Shown here: positions 1 through 15,000 of the stretch, piece after piece
How positions within the stretch are numbered: the stretch's first letter is position 1
How the letters are laid out: every line of letters starts with the position of its first letter
NCBI GenBank assembly: GCA_053919585.1
Contig: CM132802.1
Origin: Euprymna scolopes
Taxonomy: Eukaryota
Reading direction: 5' to 3' (one strand)
Length of the DNA stretch: 64,000 nt
Position numbers and translations under genes: made by a program
The notes under the pieces: generated by a model
The model's input: the letters and a program-made list of their open reading frames with translations, nothing else
Database searches by the model: none
What the model was told of the DNA's origin: nothing

Positions 1-3000
1 AAGTTCATCAGCAACCTACAGTTGAAAGTTAAAAATTTGATTAAGTTCATTAACAACCTACAGTTGAAAGTTAAAAATTTGATTAAGTTCATTAGCAACC
101 TACAGTTGAAAGTTAAAAATTTGATTAAGTTCATTAGCAACCTACAGTTGAAAGTTAAAAATTTGATTAAGTTCATTAACAACCTACAGTTGAAAGTTAA
201 AAATTTGATTAAGTTCATTAGCAACCTACAGTTGAAAGTTAAAAATTTGATTAAGTTCATCAGCAACCTACAGTTGAAAGTTAAAAATTTGATTAAGTTC
301 ATCAGCAACCTACAGTTGAAAGTTAAAAATTTGATTAAGTTCATCAGCAACCTACAGTTGAAAGTTAAAAATTTGATTAAGTTCATCAGCAACCTACAGT
401 TGAAAGTTAAAAATTTGATTAAGTTCATTAACAACCTACAGTTGAAAGTTAAAAATTTGATTAGTTCCTTAGCAACCTACAGTTGAAAGTTAAAAATTTG
501 ATTAAGTTCATCAGCAACCTACAGTTGAAAGTTAAAAATTTGATTAAGTTCATTAGCAACCTACAGTTGAAAGTTAAAAATTTGATTAAGTTCATCAGTA
601 ACCTACAGTTGAAAGTTAAAAATTTGATTAAGTTCATTAGCAACCTACAGTTGAAATTAACAATTTGATTAAGTTCATTAGCAACCTACAGTTGAAAGTT
701 AAAAATTTGATTTAGTTCATTAACAACCTACAGTTGAAAGTTAAAAATTTGATTAAGTTCATTAACAACCTACAGTTGAAAGTTAAAAATTTGATTAGTT
801 CATTAGCAACCTACAGTTGAAAGTTAAAAATTTGATTAAGTTCATCAGCAACCTACAGTTGAAAGTTAAAAATTTGATTAAGTTCATTAACAACCTACAG
901 TTGAAAGTTAAAAATTTGATTAAGTTAATCAGCAACCTACAGTTGAAAGTAAAAATTTGATTTAGTTCATCAGCAACCTACAGTTGAAAGTTAAAAATTT
1001 GATTAAGTTCATTAACAACCTACAGTTGAAAGTTAAAAATTTGATTAAGTTTATTAGCAACCTACAGTTGAAAGTTAAAAATTTGATTAAGTTCATTAAC
1101 AACCTACAGTTGAGAGTTAAAAATTTGATTAAGTTCATTAGCAACCCACAGTTGAAAGTTAAAAATTTGATTAAGTTCATTAGCAACCTACAGTTGAAAG
1201 TTAAAAATTTGATTAAGTTCATCAGCAACCTACAGTTTAAAGTTAAAAATTTGATTAAGTTCATTAACAACCTACAGTTGAAAGTTAAAAATTTGATAAA
1301 GTTCATTAGCAACCTACAGTTGAAAGTTAAAAATTTGATTAAGTTCATTAACAACCTACAGTTGAAAGTTAAAAATTTGATTAAGTTCATTAGCAACCTA
1401 CAGTTGAAAGTTAAAAATTTGATTAAGTTCATCAGCAACCTACAGTTGAAAGTTAAAAATTTGATTAAGTTCATTAGCAACCTACAGTTGAAAGTTAAAA
1501 ATTTGATTAAGTTCATCAGCAACCTACAGTTGAAAGTTAAAAATTTGATTAAGTTCATCAGCAACCTACAGTTGAAAGTTAAAAATTTGATTAGTTCAGT
1601 AGCAACCTACAGTTGAAAGTTAAAAATTTGATTAAGTTCATCAGCAACCTACAGTTGAAAGTTAAAAATTTGATTAAGTTCATTAGCAACCTACAGTTGA
1701 AAGTTAAAAATTTGATTAAGTTCATCAGCAACCTACAGTTGAAAGTTAAAAATTTGATTAAGTTCATCAGCAACCTACAGTTGAAAGTTAAAAATGTGAT
1801 TAAGTTCATTAGCAACCTACAGTTGAAAGTTAAAAATTTGATTAAGTTCATCAGCAACCTACAGTTGAAAGTTAAAAATTTGATTAAGTTCATTAGCAAC
1901 CTACAGTTGAAAGTTAAAAATTTGATTAAGTTCATCAGCAACCTACAGTTGAAAGTTAAAAATTTGATTAAGTTCATTAGCAACCTACAGTTGAAAGTTA
2001 AAAATTTGATTAAGTTCATCAGCAACCTACAGTTGAAAGTTAAAAATTTGATTAAGTTCATCAGCAACCTACAGTTGAAAGTTAAAAATTTGATTAAGTT
2101 CATCAGCAACCTACAGTTGAAAGTTAAAAATTTGATTAAGTTCATTAGCAACCTACAGTTGAAAGTTAAAAATTTGATTAAGTTCATCAGCAACCTACAG
2201 TTGAAAGTTAAAAATTTGATTAAGTTCATCAGCAACCTACAGTTGAAAGTTAAAAATTTGATTAAGTTCATCAGCAACCTACAGTTGAAAGTTAAAAATT
2301 TGATTAAGTTCATCAGCAACCTACAGTTGAAAGTTAAAAATTTGATTAAGTTCATTAACAACCTACAGTTGAAAGTTAAAAATTTGATTAGTTCCTTAGC
2401 AACCTACAGTTGAAAGTTAAAAATTTGATTAAGTTCATCAGCAACCTACAGTTGAAAGTTAAAAATTTGATTAAGTTCATTAGCAACCTACAGTTGAAAG
2501 TTAAAAATTTGATTAAGTTCATCAGTAACCTACAGTTGAAAGTTAAAAATTTGATTAAGTTCATTAGCAACCTACAGTTGAAATTAACAATTTGATTAAG
2601 TTCATTAGCAACCTACAGTTGAAAGTTAAAAATTTGATTTAGTTCATTAACAACCTACAGTTGAAAGTTAAAAATTTGATTAAGTTCATTAACAACCTAC
2701 AGTTGAAAGTTAAAAATTTGATTAGTTCATTAGCAACCTACAGTTGAAAGTTAAAAATTTGATTAAGTTCATCAGCAACCTACAGTTGAAAGTTAAAAAT
2801 TTGATTAAGTTCATTAACAACCTACAGTTGAAAGTTAAAAATTTGATTAAGTTAATCAGCAACCTACAGTTGAAAGTAAAAATTTGATTTAGTTCATCAG
2901 CAACCTACAGTTGAAAGTTAAAAATTTGATTAAGTTTATTAGCAACCTACAGTTGAAAGTTAAAAATTTGATTAAGTTCATTAACAACCTACAGTTGAGA

Positions 3001-6000
3001 GTTAAAAATTTGATTAAGTTCATTAGCAACCCACAGTTGAAAGTTAAAAATTTGATTAAGTTCATTAGCAACCTACAGTTGAAAGTTAAAAATTTGATTA
3101 AGTTCATCAGCAACCTACAGTTTAAAGTTAAAAATTTGATTAAGTTCATTAACAACCTACAGTTGAAAGTTAAAAATTTGATAAAGTTCATTAGCAACCT
3201 ACAGTTGAAAGTTAAAAATTTGATTAAGTTCATTAACAACCTACAGTTGAAAGTTAAAAATTTGATTAAGTTCATTAGCAACCTACAGTTGAAAGTTAAA
3301 AATTTGATTAAGTTCATCAGCAACCTACAGTTGAAAGTTAAAAATTTGATTAAGTTCATCAGCAACCTACAGTTGAAAGTTAAAAATTTGATTAAGTTCA
3401 TTAGCAACCTACAGTTTAAAGTTAAAAATTTGATTAAGTTCATTAGCAACCTACAGTTGAAAGTTAAAAATTTGATTAAGTTCATTAGCAACCTACAGTT
3501 GAAAGTTAAAAATTTGATTAAGTTCATTAACAACCTACAGTTGACAGTTAAAAATTTGATTAAGTTCATTAGCAACCTACAGTTGAAAGTTAAAAATTTG
3601 ATTAAGTTCATTAGCAACCTCAAGTTGAAAGTTAAAAATTTGATTAAGTTCATCAGCAACCTACAGTTGAAAGTTAAAAATTTGATTAAGTTCATCAGCA
3701 ACCTACAGTTGAAAGTTAAAAATTTGATTAAGTTCATTAACAACCTACAGTTGAAAGTTAAAAATTTGATTAAGTTCATTAGCAACCTACAGTTGAAAGT
3801 TAAAAATTTGATTAAGTTCATTAGCAACCTACAGTTGAAAGTTAAAAATTTGATTAAGTTCATTAACAACCTACAGTTGAAAGTTAAAAATTTGATTAAG
3901 TTCATTAGCAACCTACAGTTGAAAGTTAAAAATTTGATTAAGTTCATCAGCAACCTACAGTTGAAAGTTAAAAATTTGATTAAGTTCATCAGCAACCTAC
4001 AGTTGAAAGTTAAAAATTTGATTAAGTTCATCAGCAACCTACAGTTGAAAGTTAAAAATTTGATTAAGTTCATCAGCAACCTACAGTTGAAAGTTAAAAA
4101 TTTGATTAAGTTCATTAACAACCTACAGTTGAAAGTTAAAAATTTGATTAGTTCCTTAGCAACCTACAGTTGAAAGTTAAAAATTTGATTAAGTTCATCA
4201 GCAACCTACAGTTGAAAGTTAAAAATTTGATTAAGTTCATTAGCAACCTACAGTTGAAAGTTAAAAATTTGATTAAGTTCATCAGTAACCTACAGTTGAA
4301 AGTTAAAAATTTGATTAAGTTCATTAGCAACCTACAGTTGAAATTAACAATTTGATTAAGTTCATTAGCAACCTACAGTTGAAAGTTAAAAATTTGATTT
4401 AGTTCATTAACAACCTACAGTTGAAAGTTAAAAATTTGATTAAGTTCATTAACAACCTACAGTTGAAAGTTAAAAATTTGATTAGTTCATTAGCAACCTA
4501 CAGTTGAAAGTTAAAAATTTGATTAAGTTCATCAGCAACCTACAGTTGAAAGTTAAAAATTTGATTAAGTTCATTAACAACCTACAGTTGAAAGTTAAAA
4601 ATTTGATTAAGTTAATCAGCAACCTACAGTTGAAAGTAAAAATTTGATTTAGTTCATCAGCAACCTACAGTTGAAAGTTAAAAATTTGATTAAGTTCATT
4701 AACAACCTACAGTTGAAAGTTAAAAATTTGATTAAGTTTATTAGCAACCTACAGTTGAAAGTTAAAAATTTGATTAAGTTCATTAACAACCTACAGTTGA
4801 GAGTTAAAAATTTGATTAAGTTCATTAGCAACCCACAGTTGAAAGTTAAAAATTTGATTAAGTTGATTAGCAACCTACAGTTGAAAGTTAAAAATTTGAT
4901 TAAGTTCATCAGCAACCTACAGTTTAAAGTTAAAAATTTGATTAAGTTCATTAACAACCTACAGTTGAAAGTTAAAAATTTGATAAAGTTCATTAGCAAC
5001 CTACAGTTGAAAGTTAAAAATTTGATTAAGTTCATTAACAACCTACAGTTGAAAGTTAAAAATTTGATTAAGTTCATTAGCAACCTACAGTTGAAAGTTA
5101 AAAATTTGATTAAGTTCATCAGCAACCTACAGTTGAAAGTTAAAAATTTGATTAAGTTCATCAGCAACCTACAGTTGAAAGTTAAAAATTTGATTAAGTT
5201 CATTAGCAACCTACAGTTTAAAGTTAAAAATTTGATTAAGTTCATTAGCAACCTACAGTTGAAAGTTAAAAATTTGATTAAGTTCATTAGCAACCTACAG
5301 TTGAAAGTTACAAATTTGATTAAGTTCATTAACAACCTACAGTTGACAGTTAAAAATTTGATTAAGTTCATTAGCAACCTACAGTTGAAAGTTAAAAATT
5401 TGATTAAGTTCATTAGCAACCTCAAGTTGAAAGTTAAAAATTTGATTAAGTTCATCAGCAACCTACAGTTGAAAGTTAAAAATTTGATTAAGTTCATCAG
5501 CAACCTACAGTTGAAAGTTAAAAATTTGATTAAGTTCATTAACAACCTACAGTTGAAAGTTAAAAATTTGATTAAGTTCATTAGCAACCTACAGTTGAAA
5601 GTTAAAAATTTGATTAAGTTAATTAGCAACCTACAGTTGAAAGTTAAAAATTTGATTAAGTTCATTAACAACCTACAGTTGAAAGTTAAAAATTTGATTA
5701 AGTTCATTAGCAACCTACAGTTGGAAGTTAAAAATTTGATTAAGTTCATCAGCAACCTACAGTTGAAAGTTAAAAATTTGATTAAGTTCATTAGCAACCT
5801 ACAGTTGAAAGTTAAAAATTTGATTAAGTTCATTAGCAACCTAGATTGGAAGTTAAAAATTTTATTAAGTTCATTAGCAACCTCCAGTTGAAAGTTAAAA
5901 ATCTGATTAAGTTCATCAGCAACCTACAGTTGAAAGTTAAAAATTTGATTAAGTTCATCAGCAACCTACAGTTGAAAGTTAAAAATTTGATTAAGTTCAT

Positions 6001-9000
6001 TAACAACCTACAGTTGAAAGTTACAAATTTGATTAAGTTCATTAGCAACCTACAGTTGAAAGTTAAAAATTTGATTAAGTTCATTAGCAACCTACAGTTG
6101 AAAGTTAAAAATTTGATTAAGTTCATCAGCAACCTACAGTTGAAAGTTAAAAATTTGATTAAGTTCATTAACAACCTACAGTTGAAAGTTAAAAATTTGA
6201 TTAAGTTCATTAGCAACCTACAGTTGAAAGTTAAAAATTTGATTAAGTTCATCAGCAACCTACAGTTGAAAGTTAAAAATTTTATTAAGTTCATCAGCAA
6301 CCTACAGTTGAAAGTTAAAAATTTGATTAAGTTCATCAGCAACCTACAGTTGAAAGTTAAAAATTTGATTAAGTTCATCAGCAACCTACAGTTGAAAGTT
6401 AAAAATTTGATTAAGTTCATCAGCAACCTACAGTTGAAAGTTAAAAATTTGATTAGTTCAGTAGCAACCTACAGTTGAAAGTTAAAAATTTGATTAAGTT
6501 CATCAGCAACCTACAGTTGAAAGTTAAAAATTTGATTAAGTTCATTAGCAACCTACAGTTGAAAGTTAAAAATTTGATTAAGTTCATCAGCAACCTACAG
6601 TTGAAAGTTAAAAATTTGATTAAGTTCATCAGCAACCTACAGTTGAAAGTTAAAAATTTGATTAAGTTCATTAGCAACCTATAGTTGAAAGTTAAAAATT
6701 TGATTAAGTTCATCAGCAACCTACAGTTGAAAGTTAAAAATTTGATTAAGTTCATTAGCAACCTACAGTTGAAAGTTAAAAATTTGATTAAGTTCATCAG
6801 CAACCTACAGTTGAAAGTTAAAAATTTGATTAAGTTCATCAGCAACCTACAGTTGAAAGTTAAAAATTTGATTAAGTTCATCAGCAACCTACAGTTGAAA
6901 GTTAAAAATTTGATTAAGTTCATCAGCAACCTACAGTTGAAAGTTAAAAATTTGATTAATTTCATTAACAACCTAGAGTTGAAAGTTAAAAATTTGATTA
7001 GTTCATTAGCAACCTACAGTTGAAAGTTAAAAATTTGATTAAGTTCATCAGCAACCTACAGTTGAAAGTTAAAAATTTGATTAAGTTCATTAGCAACCTA
7101 CAGTTGAAAGTTAAAAATTTGATTAAGTTCATCAGTAACCTACAGTTGAAAGTTAAAAATTTGATTAAGTTCATTAGCAACCTACAGTTGAAATTAACAA
7201 TTTGATTAAGTTCATTAGCAACCTACAGTTGAAAGTTAAAAATTTGATTTAGTTCATTAACAACCTACAGTTGAAAGTTAAAAATTTGATTAAGTTCATT
7301 AGCAACCTACAGTTGAAAGTTAAAAATTTGATTAGTTCATTAGCAACCTACAGTTGAAAGTTAAAAATTTGATTAAGTTCATCAGCAACCTACAGTTGAA
7401 AGTTAAAAATTTGATTAAGTTCATTAACAACCTACAGTTGAAAGTTAAAAATTTGATTAAGTTAATCAGCAACCTACAGTTGAAAGTTAAAAATTTGATT
7501 AAGTTCATCAGCAACCTACAGTTGAAAGTTAAAAATTTGATTAAGTTCATTAACAACCTACAGTTGAAAGTTAAAAATTTGATTAAGTTTATTAGCAACC
7601 TACAGTTGAAAGTTAAAAATTTGATTAAGTTCATCAGCAACCTACAGTTGAAAGTTAAAAATTTGATTAAGTTCATTAGCAACCTACATTTGAAAGTTAA
7701 AAATTTGATTAAGTTCATTAGCAACCTACAGTTGAAAGTTAAAAATTTGATTAAGTTCATTAGCAACCTACAGTTGAAAGTTACAAATTTGATTAAGTTC
7801 ATTAACAACCTACAGTTGAAAGTTAAAAATTTGATTAAGTTCATTAGCAACCTACAGTTGAAAGTTAAAAATTTGATTAAGTTCATTAGCAACCTCAAGT
7901 TTAAAGTTAAAAATTTGATTAAGTTCATCAGCAACCTACAGTTGAAAGTTAAAAATTTGATTAAGTTCATCAGCAACCTACAGTTGAAAGTTAAAAATTT
8001 GATTAAGTTCATTAACAACCTACAGTTGAAAGTTAAAAATTTGATTAAGTTCATTAGCAACCTACAGTTGAAAGTTAAAAATTTGATTAAGTTAATTAGC
8101 AACCTACAGTTGAAAGTTAAAAATTTGATTAAGTTCATTAACAACCTACAGTTGAAAGTTAAAAATTTGATTAAGTTCATTAGCAACCTACAGTTGGAAG
8201 TTAAACATTTGATTAAGTTCATCAGCAACCTACAGTTGAAAGTTAAAAATTTGATTAAGTTCATTAGCAACCTACAGTTGAAAGTTAAAAATTTGATTAA
8301 GTTCATTAGCAACCTACAGTTGGAAGTTAAAAATTTTATTAAGTTCATTAGCAACCTCCAGTTGAAAGTTAAAAATTTGATTAAGTTCATCAGCAACCTA
8401 CAGTTGAAAGTTAAAAATTTGATTAAGTTCATCAGCAACCTACAGTTGAAAGTTAAAAATTTGATTAAGTTCATTAACAACCTACAGTTGAAAGTTAAAC
8501 ATTTGATTAAGTTCATTAGCAACCTACAGTTGAAAGTTAAAAATTTGATTAAGTTAATTAGCAACCTACAGTTGAAAGTTAAAAATTTGATTAAGTTCAT
8601 TAACAACCTACAGTTGAAAGTTAAAAATTTGATTAAGTTCATTAGCAACCTACAGTTGGAAGTTAAAAATTTGATTAAGTTCATCAGCAACCTACAGTTG
8701 AAAGTTAAAAATTTGATTAAGTTCATTAGCAACCTACAGTTGAAAGTTAAAAATTTGATTAAGTTCATTAGCAACCTACAGTTGGAAGTTACAAATTTTA
8801 TTAAGTTCATCAGCAACCTACAGTTGAAAGTTAAAAATTTGATTAAGTTCATTAGCAACCTACAGTTGGAAGTTAAAAATTTGATTAAGTTCATCAGCAA
8901 CCTACAGTTGAAAGTTAAAAATTTGATTAAGTTCATTAGCAACCTACAGTTGAAAGTTAAAAATTTGATTAAGTTCATTAGCAACCTACAGTTGGAAGTT

Positions 9001-12000
9001 AAAAATTTGATTAAGTTCATCAGCAACCTACAGTTGAAAGTTAAAAATTTGATTAAGTTCATCAGCAACCTACAGTTGAAAGTTAAAAATTTGATTAAGT
9101 TCATTAACAACCTACAGTTGAAAGTTAAAAATTTGATTAAGTTCATTAGCAACCTACAGTTGAAAGTTAAAAATTTGATTAAGTTCATTAGCAACCTACA
9201 GTTGAAAGTTAAAAATTTGATTAAGTTCATCAGCAACCTACAGTTGAAAGTTAAAAATTTGATTAAGTTCATTAACAACCTACAGTTGAAAGTTAAAAAT
9301 TTGATTAAGTTCATCAGCAACCTACAGTTGAAAGTTAAAAATTTGATTAAGTTCATTAGCAACCTACAGTTGAAAGTTAAAAATTTGATTAAGTTCATTA
9401 GCAACCTACAGTTGGAAGTTAAAAATTTTATTAAGTTCATCAGCAACCTACAGTTGAAAGTTAAAAATTTGATTAAGTTCATTAGCAACCTACAGTTGGA
9501 AGTTAAAAATTTGATTAAGTTCATCAGCAACCTACAGTTGAAAGTTAAAAATTTGATTAAGTTCATTAGCAACCTACAGTTGAAAGTTAAAAATTTGATT
9601 AAGTTCATTAGCAACCTACAGTTGGAAGTTAAAAATTTGATTAAGTTCATCAGCAACCTACAGTTGAAAGTTAAAAATTTGATTAAGTTCATCAGCAACC
9701 TACAGTTGAAAGTTAAAAATTTGATTAAGTTCATTAACAACCTACAGTTGAAAGTTAAAAATTTGATTAAGTTCATTAGCAACCTACAGTTGAAAGTTAA
9801 AAATTTGATTAAGTTCATTAGCAACCTACAGTTGAAAGTTAAAAATTTGATTAAGTTCATCAGCAACCTACAGTTGAAAGTTAAAAATTTGATTAAGTTC
9901 ATTAACAACCTACAGTTGAAAGTTAAAAATTTGATTAAGTTCATCAGCAACCTACAGTTGAAAGTTAAAAATTTGATTAAGTTCATCAGCAACCTACAGT
10001 TGAAAGTTAAAAATTTGATTAAGTTCATCAGCAACCTACAGTTGAAAGTTAAAAATTTGATTAAGTTCATTAGCACTCTACAGTTGAAAGTTAAAAATTT
10101 GATTAAGTTCATCAGCAACCTACAGTTGAAAGTTAAAAATTTGATTAAGTTCATCAGCAACCTACAGTTGAAAGTTAAAAATTTGATTAGTTCAGTAGCA
10201 ACCTACAGTTGAAAGTTAAAAATTTGATTAAGTTCATCAGCAACCTACAGTTGAAAGTTAAAAATTTGATTAAGTTCATTAGCAACCTACAGTTGAAAGT
10301 TAAAAATTTGATTAAGTTCATCAGCAACCTACAGTTGAAAGTTAAAAATTTGATTAAGTTCATCAGCAACCTACAGTTGAAAGTTAAAAATTTGATTAAG
10401 TTCATTAGCAACCTACAGTTGAAAGTTAAAAATTTGATTAAGTTCATCAGCAACCTACAGTTGAAAGTTAAAAATTTGATTAAGTTCATTAGCAACCTAC
10501 AGTTGAAAGTTTAAAATTTGATTAAGTTCATCAGCAACCTACAGTTGAAAGTTAAAAATTTGATTAAGTTCATTAGCAACCTACAGTTGAAAGTTAAAAA
10601 TTTGATTAAATTCATCAGCAACCTACAGTTGAAAGTTAAAAATTTGATTAAGTTCATCAGCAACCTACAGTTGAAAGTTAAAAATTTGATTAAGTTCATC
10701 AGCAACCTACAGTTGAAAGTTAAAAATTTGATTAAGTTCATTAGCAACCTACAGTTGAAAGTTAAAAATTTGATTAAGTTCATCAGCAACCTACAGTTGA
10801 AAGTTAAAAATTTGATTAAGTTCATAAGCAACCTACAGTTGAAAGTTAAAAATTTGATTAAGTTCATCAGCAACCTACAGTTGAAAGTTAAAAATTTGAT
10901 TAAGTTCATCAGCAACCTACAGTTGAAAGTTAAAAATTTGATTAAGTTCATTAACAACCTACAGTTGAAAGTTAAAAATTTGATTAGTTCATTAGCAACC
11001 TACAGTTGAAAGTTTAAAATTTGATTAAGTTCATCAGCAACCTACAGTTGAAAGTTAAAAATTTGATTAAGTTCATTAGCAACCTACAGTTGAAAGTTAA
11101 AAATTTGATTAAGTTCATCAGTAACCTACAGTTGAAAGTTAAAAATTTGATTAAGTTCATTAGCAACCTACAGTTGAAATTAACAATTTGATTAAGTTCA
11201 TTAGCAACCTACAGTTGAAAGTTAAAAATTTGATTTAGTTCATTAACAACCTACAGTTGAAAGTTAAAAATTTGATTAAGTTCATTAACAACCTACAGTT
11301 GAAAGTTAAAAATTTGATTAGTTCATTAGCAACCTACAGTTGAAAGTTAAAAATTTGATTAAGTTCATCAGCAACCTACAGTTGAAAGTTAAAAATTTGA
11401 TTAAGTTCATTAACAACCTACAGTTGAAAGTTAAAAATTTGATTAAGTTAATCAGCAACCTACAGTTGAAAGTTAAAAATTTGATTAAGTTCATCAGCAA
11501 CCTACAGTTGAAAGTTAAAAATTTGATTAAGTTCATTAACAACCTACAGTTGAAAGTTAAAAATTTGATTAAGTTTATTAGCAACCTACAGTTGAAAGTT
11601 AAAAATTTGATTAAGTTCATTAACAACCTACAGTTGAAAGTTAAAAATTTGATTAAGTTCATTAGCAACCTACAGTTGAAAGTTAAAAATTTGATTAAGT
11701 TCATTAGCAACCTACAGTTGAAAGTTAAAAATTTGATTAAGTTCATCAGCAACCTACAGTTTAAAGTTAAAAATTTGATTAAGTTCATTAACAACCTACA
11801 GTTGAAAGTTAAAAATTTGATAAAGTTCATTAGCAACCTACAGTTGAAAGTTAAAAATTTGATTAAGTTCATTAACAACCTACAGTTGAAAGTTAAAAAT
11901 TTGATTAAGTTCATTAGCAACCTACAGTTGAAAGTTAAAAATTTGATTAAGTTCATCAGCAACCTACAGTTGAAAGTTAAAAATTTGATTAAGTTCATCA

Positions 12001-15000
12001 GCAACCTACAGTTGAAAGTTAAAAATTTGATTAAGTTCATTAGCAACCTACAGTTTAAAGTTAAAAATTTGATTAAGTTCATTAGCAACCTACAGTTGAA
12101 AGTTAAAAATTTGATTAAGTTCATTAGCAACCTACAGTTGAAAGTTACAAATTTGATTAAGTTCATTAGCAACCTACAGTTGAAAGTTAAAAATTTGATT
12201 AAGTTCATTAGCAACCTACAGTTGAAAGTTAAAAATTTGATTAAGTTCATTAGCAACCTCAAGTTGAAAGTTAAAAATTTGATTAAGTTCATCAGCAACC
12301 TACAGTTGAAAGTTAAAAATTTGATTAAGTTCATCAGCAACCTACAGTTGAAAGTTAAAAATTTGATTAAGTTCATTAACAACCTACAGTTGAAAGTTAA
12401 AAATTTGATTAAGTTCATTAGCAACCTACAGTTGAAAGTTAAAAATTTGATTAAGTTAATTAGCAACCTACAGTTGAAAGTTAAAAATTTGATTAAGTTC
12501 ATTAACAACCTACAGTTGAAAGTTAAAAATTTGATTAAGTTCATTAGCAACCTACAGTTGGAAGTTAAAAATTTGATTAAGTTCATCAGCAACCTACAGT
12601 TGAAAGTTAAAAATTTGATTAAGTTCATTAGCAACCTTCAGTTGAAAGTTAAAAATTTGATTAAGTTCATTAGCAACCTACAGTTGGAAGTTAAAAATTT
12701 TATTAAGTTCATCAGCAACCTACAGTTGAAAGTTAAAAATTTGATTACGTTCATTAGCAACCTACAGTTGGAAGTTAAAAATTTGATTAAGTTCATCAGC
12801 AACCTACAGTTGAAAGTTAAAAATTTGATTAAGTTCATTAGCAACCTACAGTTGAAAGTCAAAAATTTTATTTAGTTCATTAGCAACCTACAGTTGGAAG
12901 TTAAAAATTTGATTAAGTTCATCAGCAACCTACAGTTGAAAGTTAAAAATTTGATTAAGTTCATCAGCAACCTACAGTTGAAAGTTAAAAATTTGATTAA
13001 GTTCATTAACAACCTACAGTTGAAAGTTAAAAATTTGATTAAGTTCATTAGCAACCTACAGTTGAAAGTTAAAAATTTGATTAAGTTCATTAGCAACCTA
13101 CAGTTGAAAGTTAAAAATTTGATTAAGTTCATCAGCAACCTACAGTTGAAAGTTAAAAATTTGATTAAGTTCATTAACAACCTACAGTTGAAAGTTAAAA
13201 ATTTGATTAAGTTCATTAGCAACCTACAGTTGAAAGTTAAAAATTTGATTAAGTTCATCAGCAACCTACAGTTGAAAGTTAAAAATTTGATTAAGTTCAT
13301 CAGCAACCTACAGTTGAAAGTTAAAAATTTGATTAAGTTCATCAGCAACCTACAGTTGAAAGTTAAAAATTGGATTAAGTTCATCAGCAACCTACAGTTG
13401 AAAGTTAAAAATTTGATTAAGTTCATTAGCAACCTACAGTTGAAAGTTAAAAATTTGATTAGTTCATTAGCAACCTACAGTTGAAAGTTAAAAATTTGAT
13501 TAAGTTCATTAGCAACCTACAGTTGAAAGTTAAAAATTTGATTAAGTTCATTAGCAACCTACAGTTGAAAGTTAAAAATTTGATTAAGTTCATTAGCAAC
13601 CTACAGTTGGAAGTTAAGAATTTGATTAGTTCATTAGCAACCTACAGTTGAAAGTTAAAAATTTGATTAAGTTCATTAGCAACCTACAGTTGAAAGTTAA
13701 AAATTTGATTAAGTTCATCAGCAACCTACAGTTGAAAGTTAAAAATTTGATTAAGTTCATCAGCAACCTACAGTTGAAAGTTAAAAATTTTATTAAGTTC
13801 ATCAGCAACCTACAGTTGAAAGTTAAAAATTTGATTAAGTTCATTAACAACCTACAGTTGAAAGTTAAAAATTTGATTAGTTCATTAGCAACCTACAGTT
13901 GAAAGTTAAAAATTTTATTAAGTTCATCAGCAACCTACAGTTGAAAGTTAAAAATTTGATTAAGTTCATTAGCAACCTGCAGTTGAAAGTTAAAAATTTG
14001 ATTAAGTTCATCAGCAACCTACAGTTGAAAGTTAAAAATTTGATTAAGTTCATTAGCAACCTACAGTTGAAAGTTAAAAATTTGATTAAGTTCATCAGCA
14101 ACCTACAGTTGAAAGTTAAAAATTTGATTAAGTTCATCAGCAACCTACAGTTGAAAGTTAAAAATTTGATTAAGTTCATCAGCAACCTACAGTTGAAAGT
14201 TAAAAATTTGATTAAGTTCATCAGCAACCTACAGTTGAAAGTTAAAAATTTGATTAAGTTCATTAACAACCTACAGTTGAAAGTTAAAAATTTGATTAGT
14301 TCATTAGCAACCTACAGTTGAAAGTTAAAAATTTGATTAAGTTCATCAGCAACCTACAGTTGAAAGTTAAAAATTTTATTAAGTTCATTAGCAACCTACA
14401 GTTGAAAGTTAAAAATTTGATTAAGTTCATCAGTAACCTACAGTTGAAAGTTAAAAATTTGATTAAGTTCATTAGCAACCTACAGTTGAAAGTTAACAAT
14501 TTGATTAAGTTCATTAGCAACCTACAGTTGAAAGTTAAAAATTTGATTTAGTTCATTAACAACCTACACTTGAAAGTTAAAAATTTGATTAAGTTCATTA
14601 ACAACCTACAGTTGAAAGTTAAAAATTTGATTAGTTCATTAGCAACCTACAGTTGAAAGTTAAAAATTTGATTAAGTTCATCAGCAACCTACAGTTGAAA
14701 GTTAAAAATTTGATTAAGTTCATTAACAACCTACAGTTGAAAGTTAAAAATTTGATTACGTTCATTAGCAACCTACAGTTGAAAGTTAAAAATTTGATTA
14801 AGTTCATTAGCAACCTACAGTTGGAAGTTAAAAATTTGATTAAGTTCATCAGCAACCTACAGTTGAAAGTTAAAAATTTGATTAAGTTCATTAGCAACCT
14901 ACAGTTGAAAGTTAAAAATTTGATTAAGTTCATTAGCAACCTACAGTTGGAAGTTAAAAATTTGATTAAGTTCATCAGCAACCTACAGTTGAAAGTTAAA

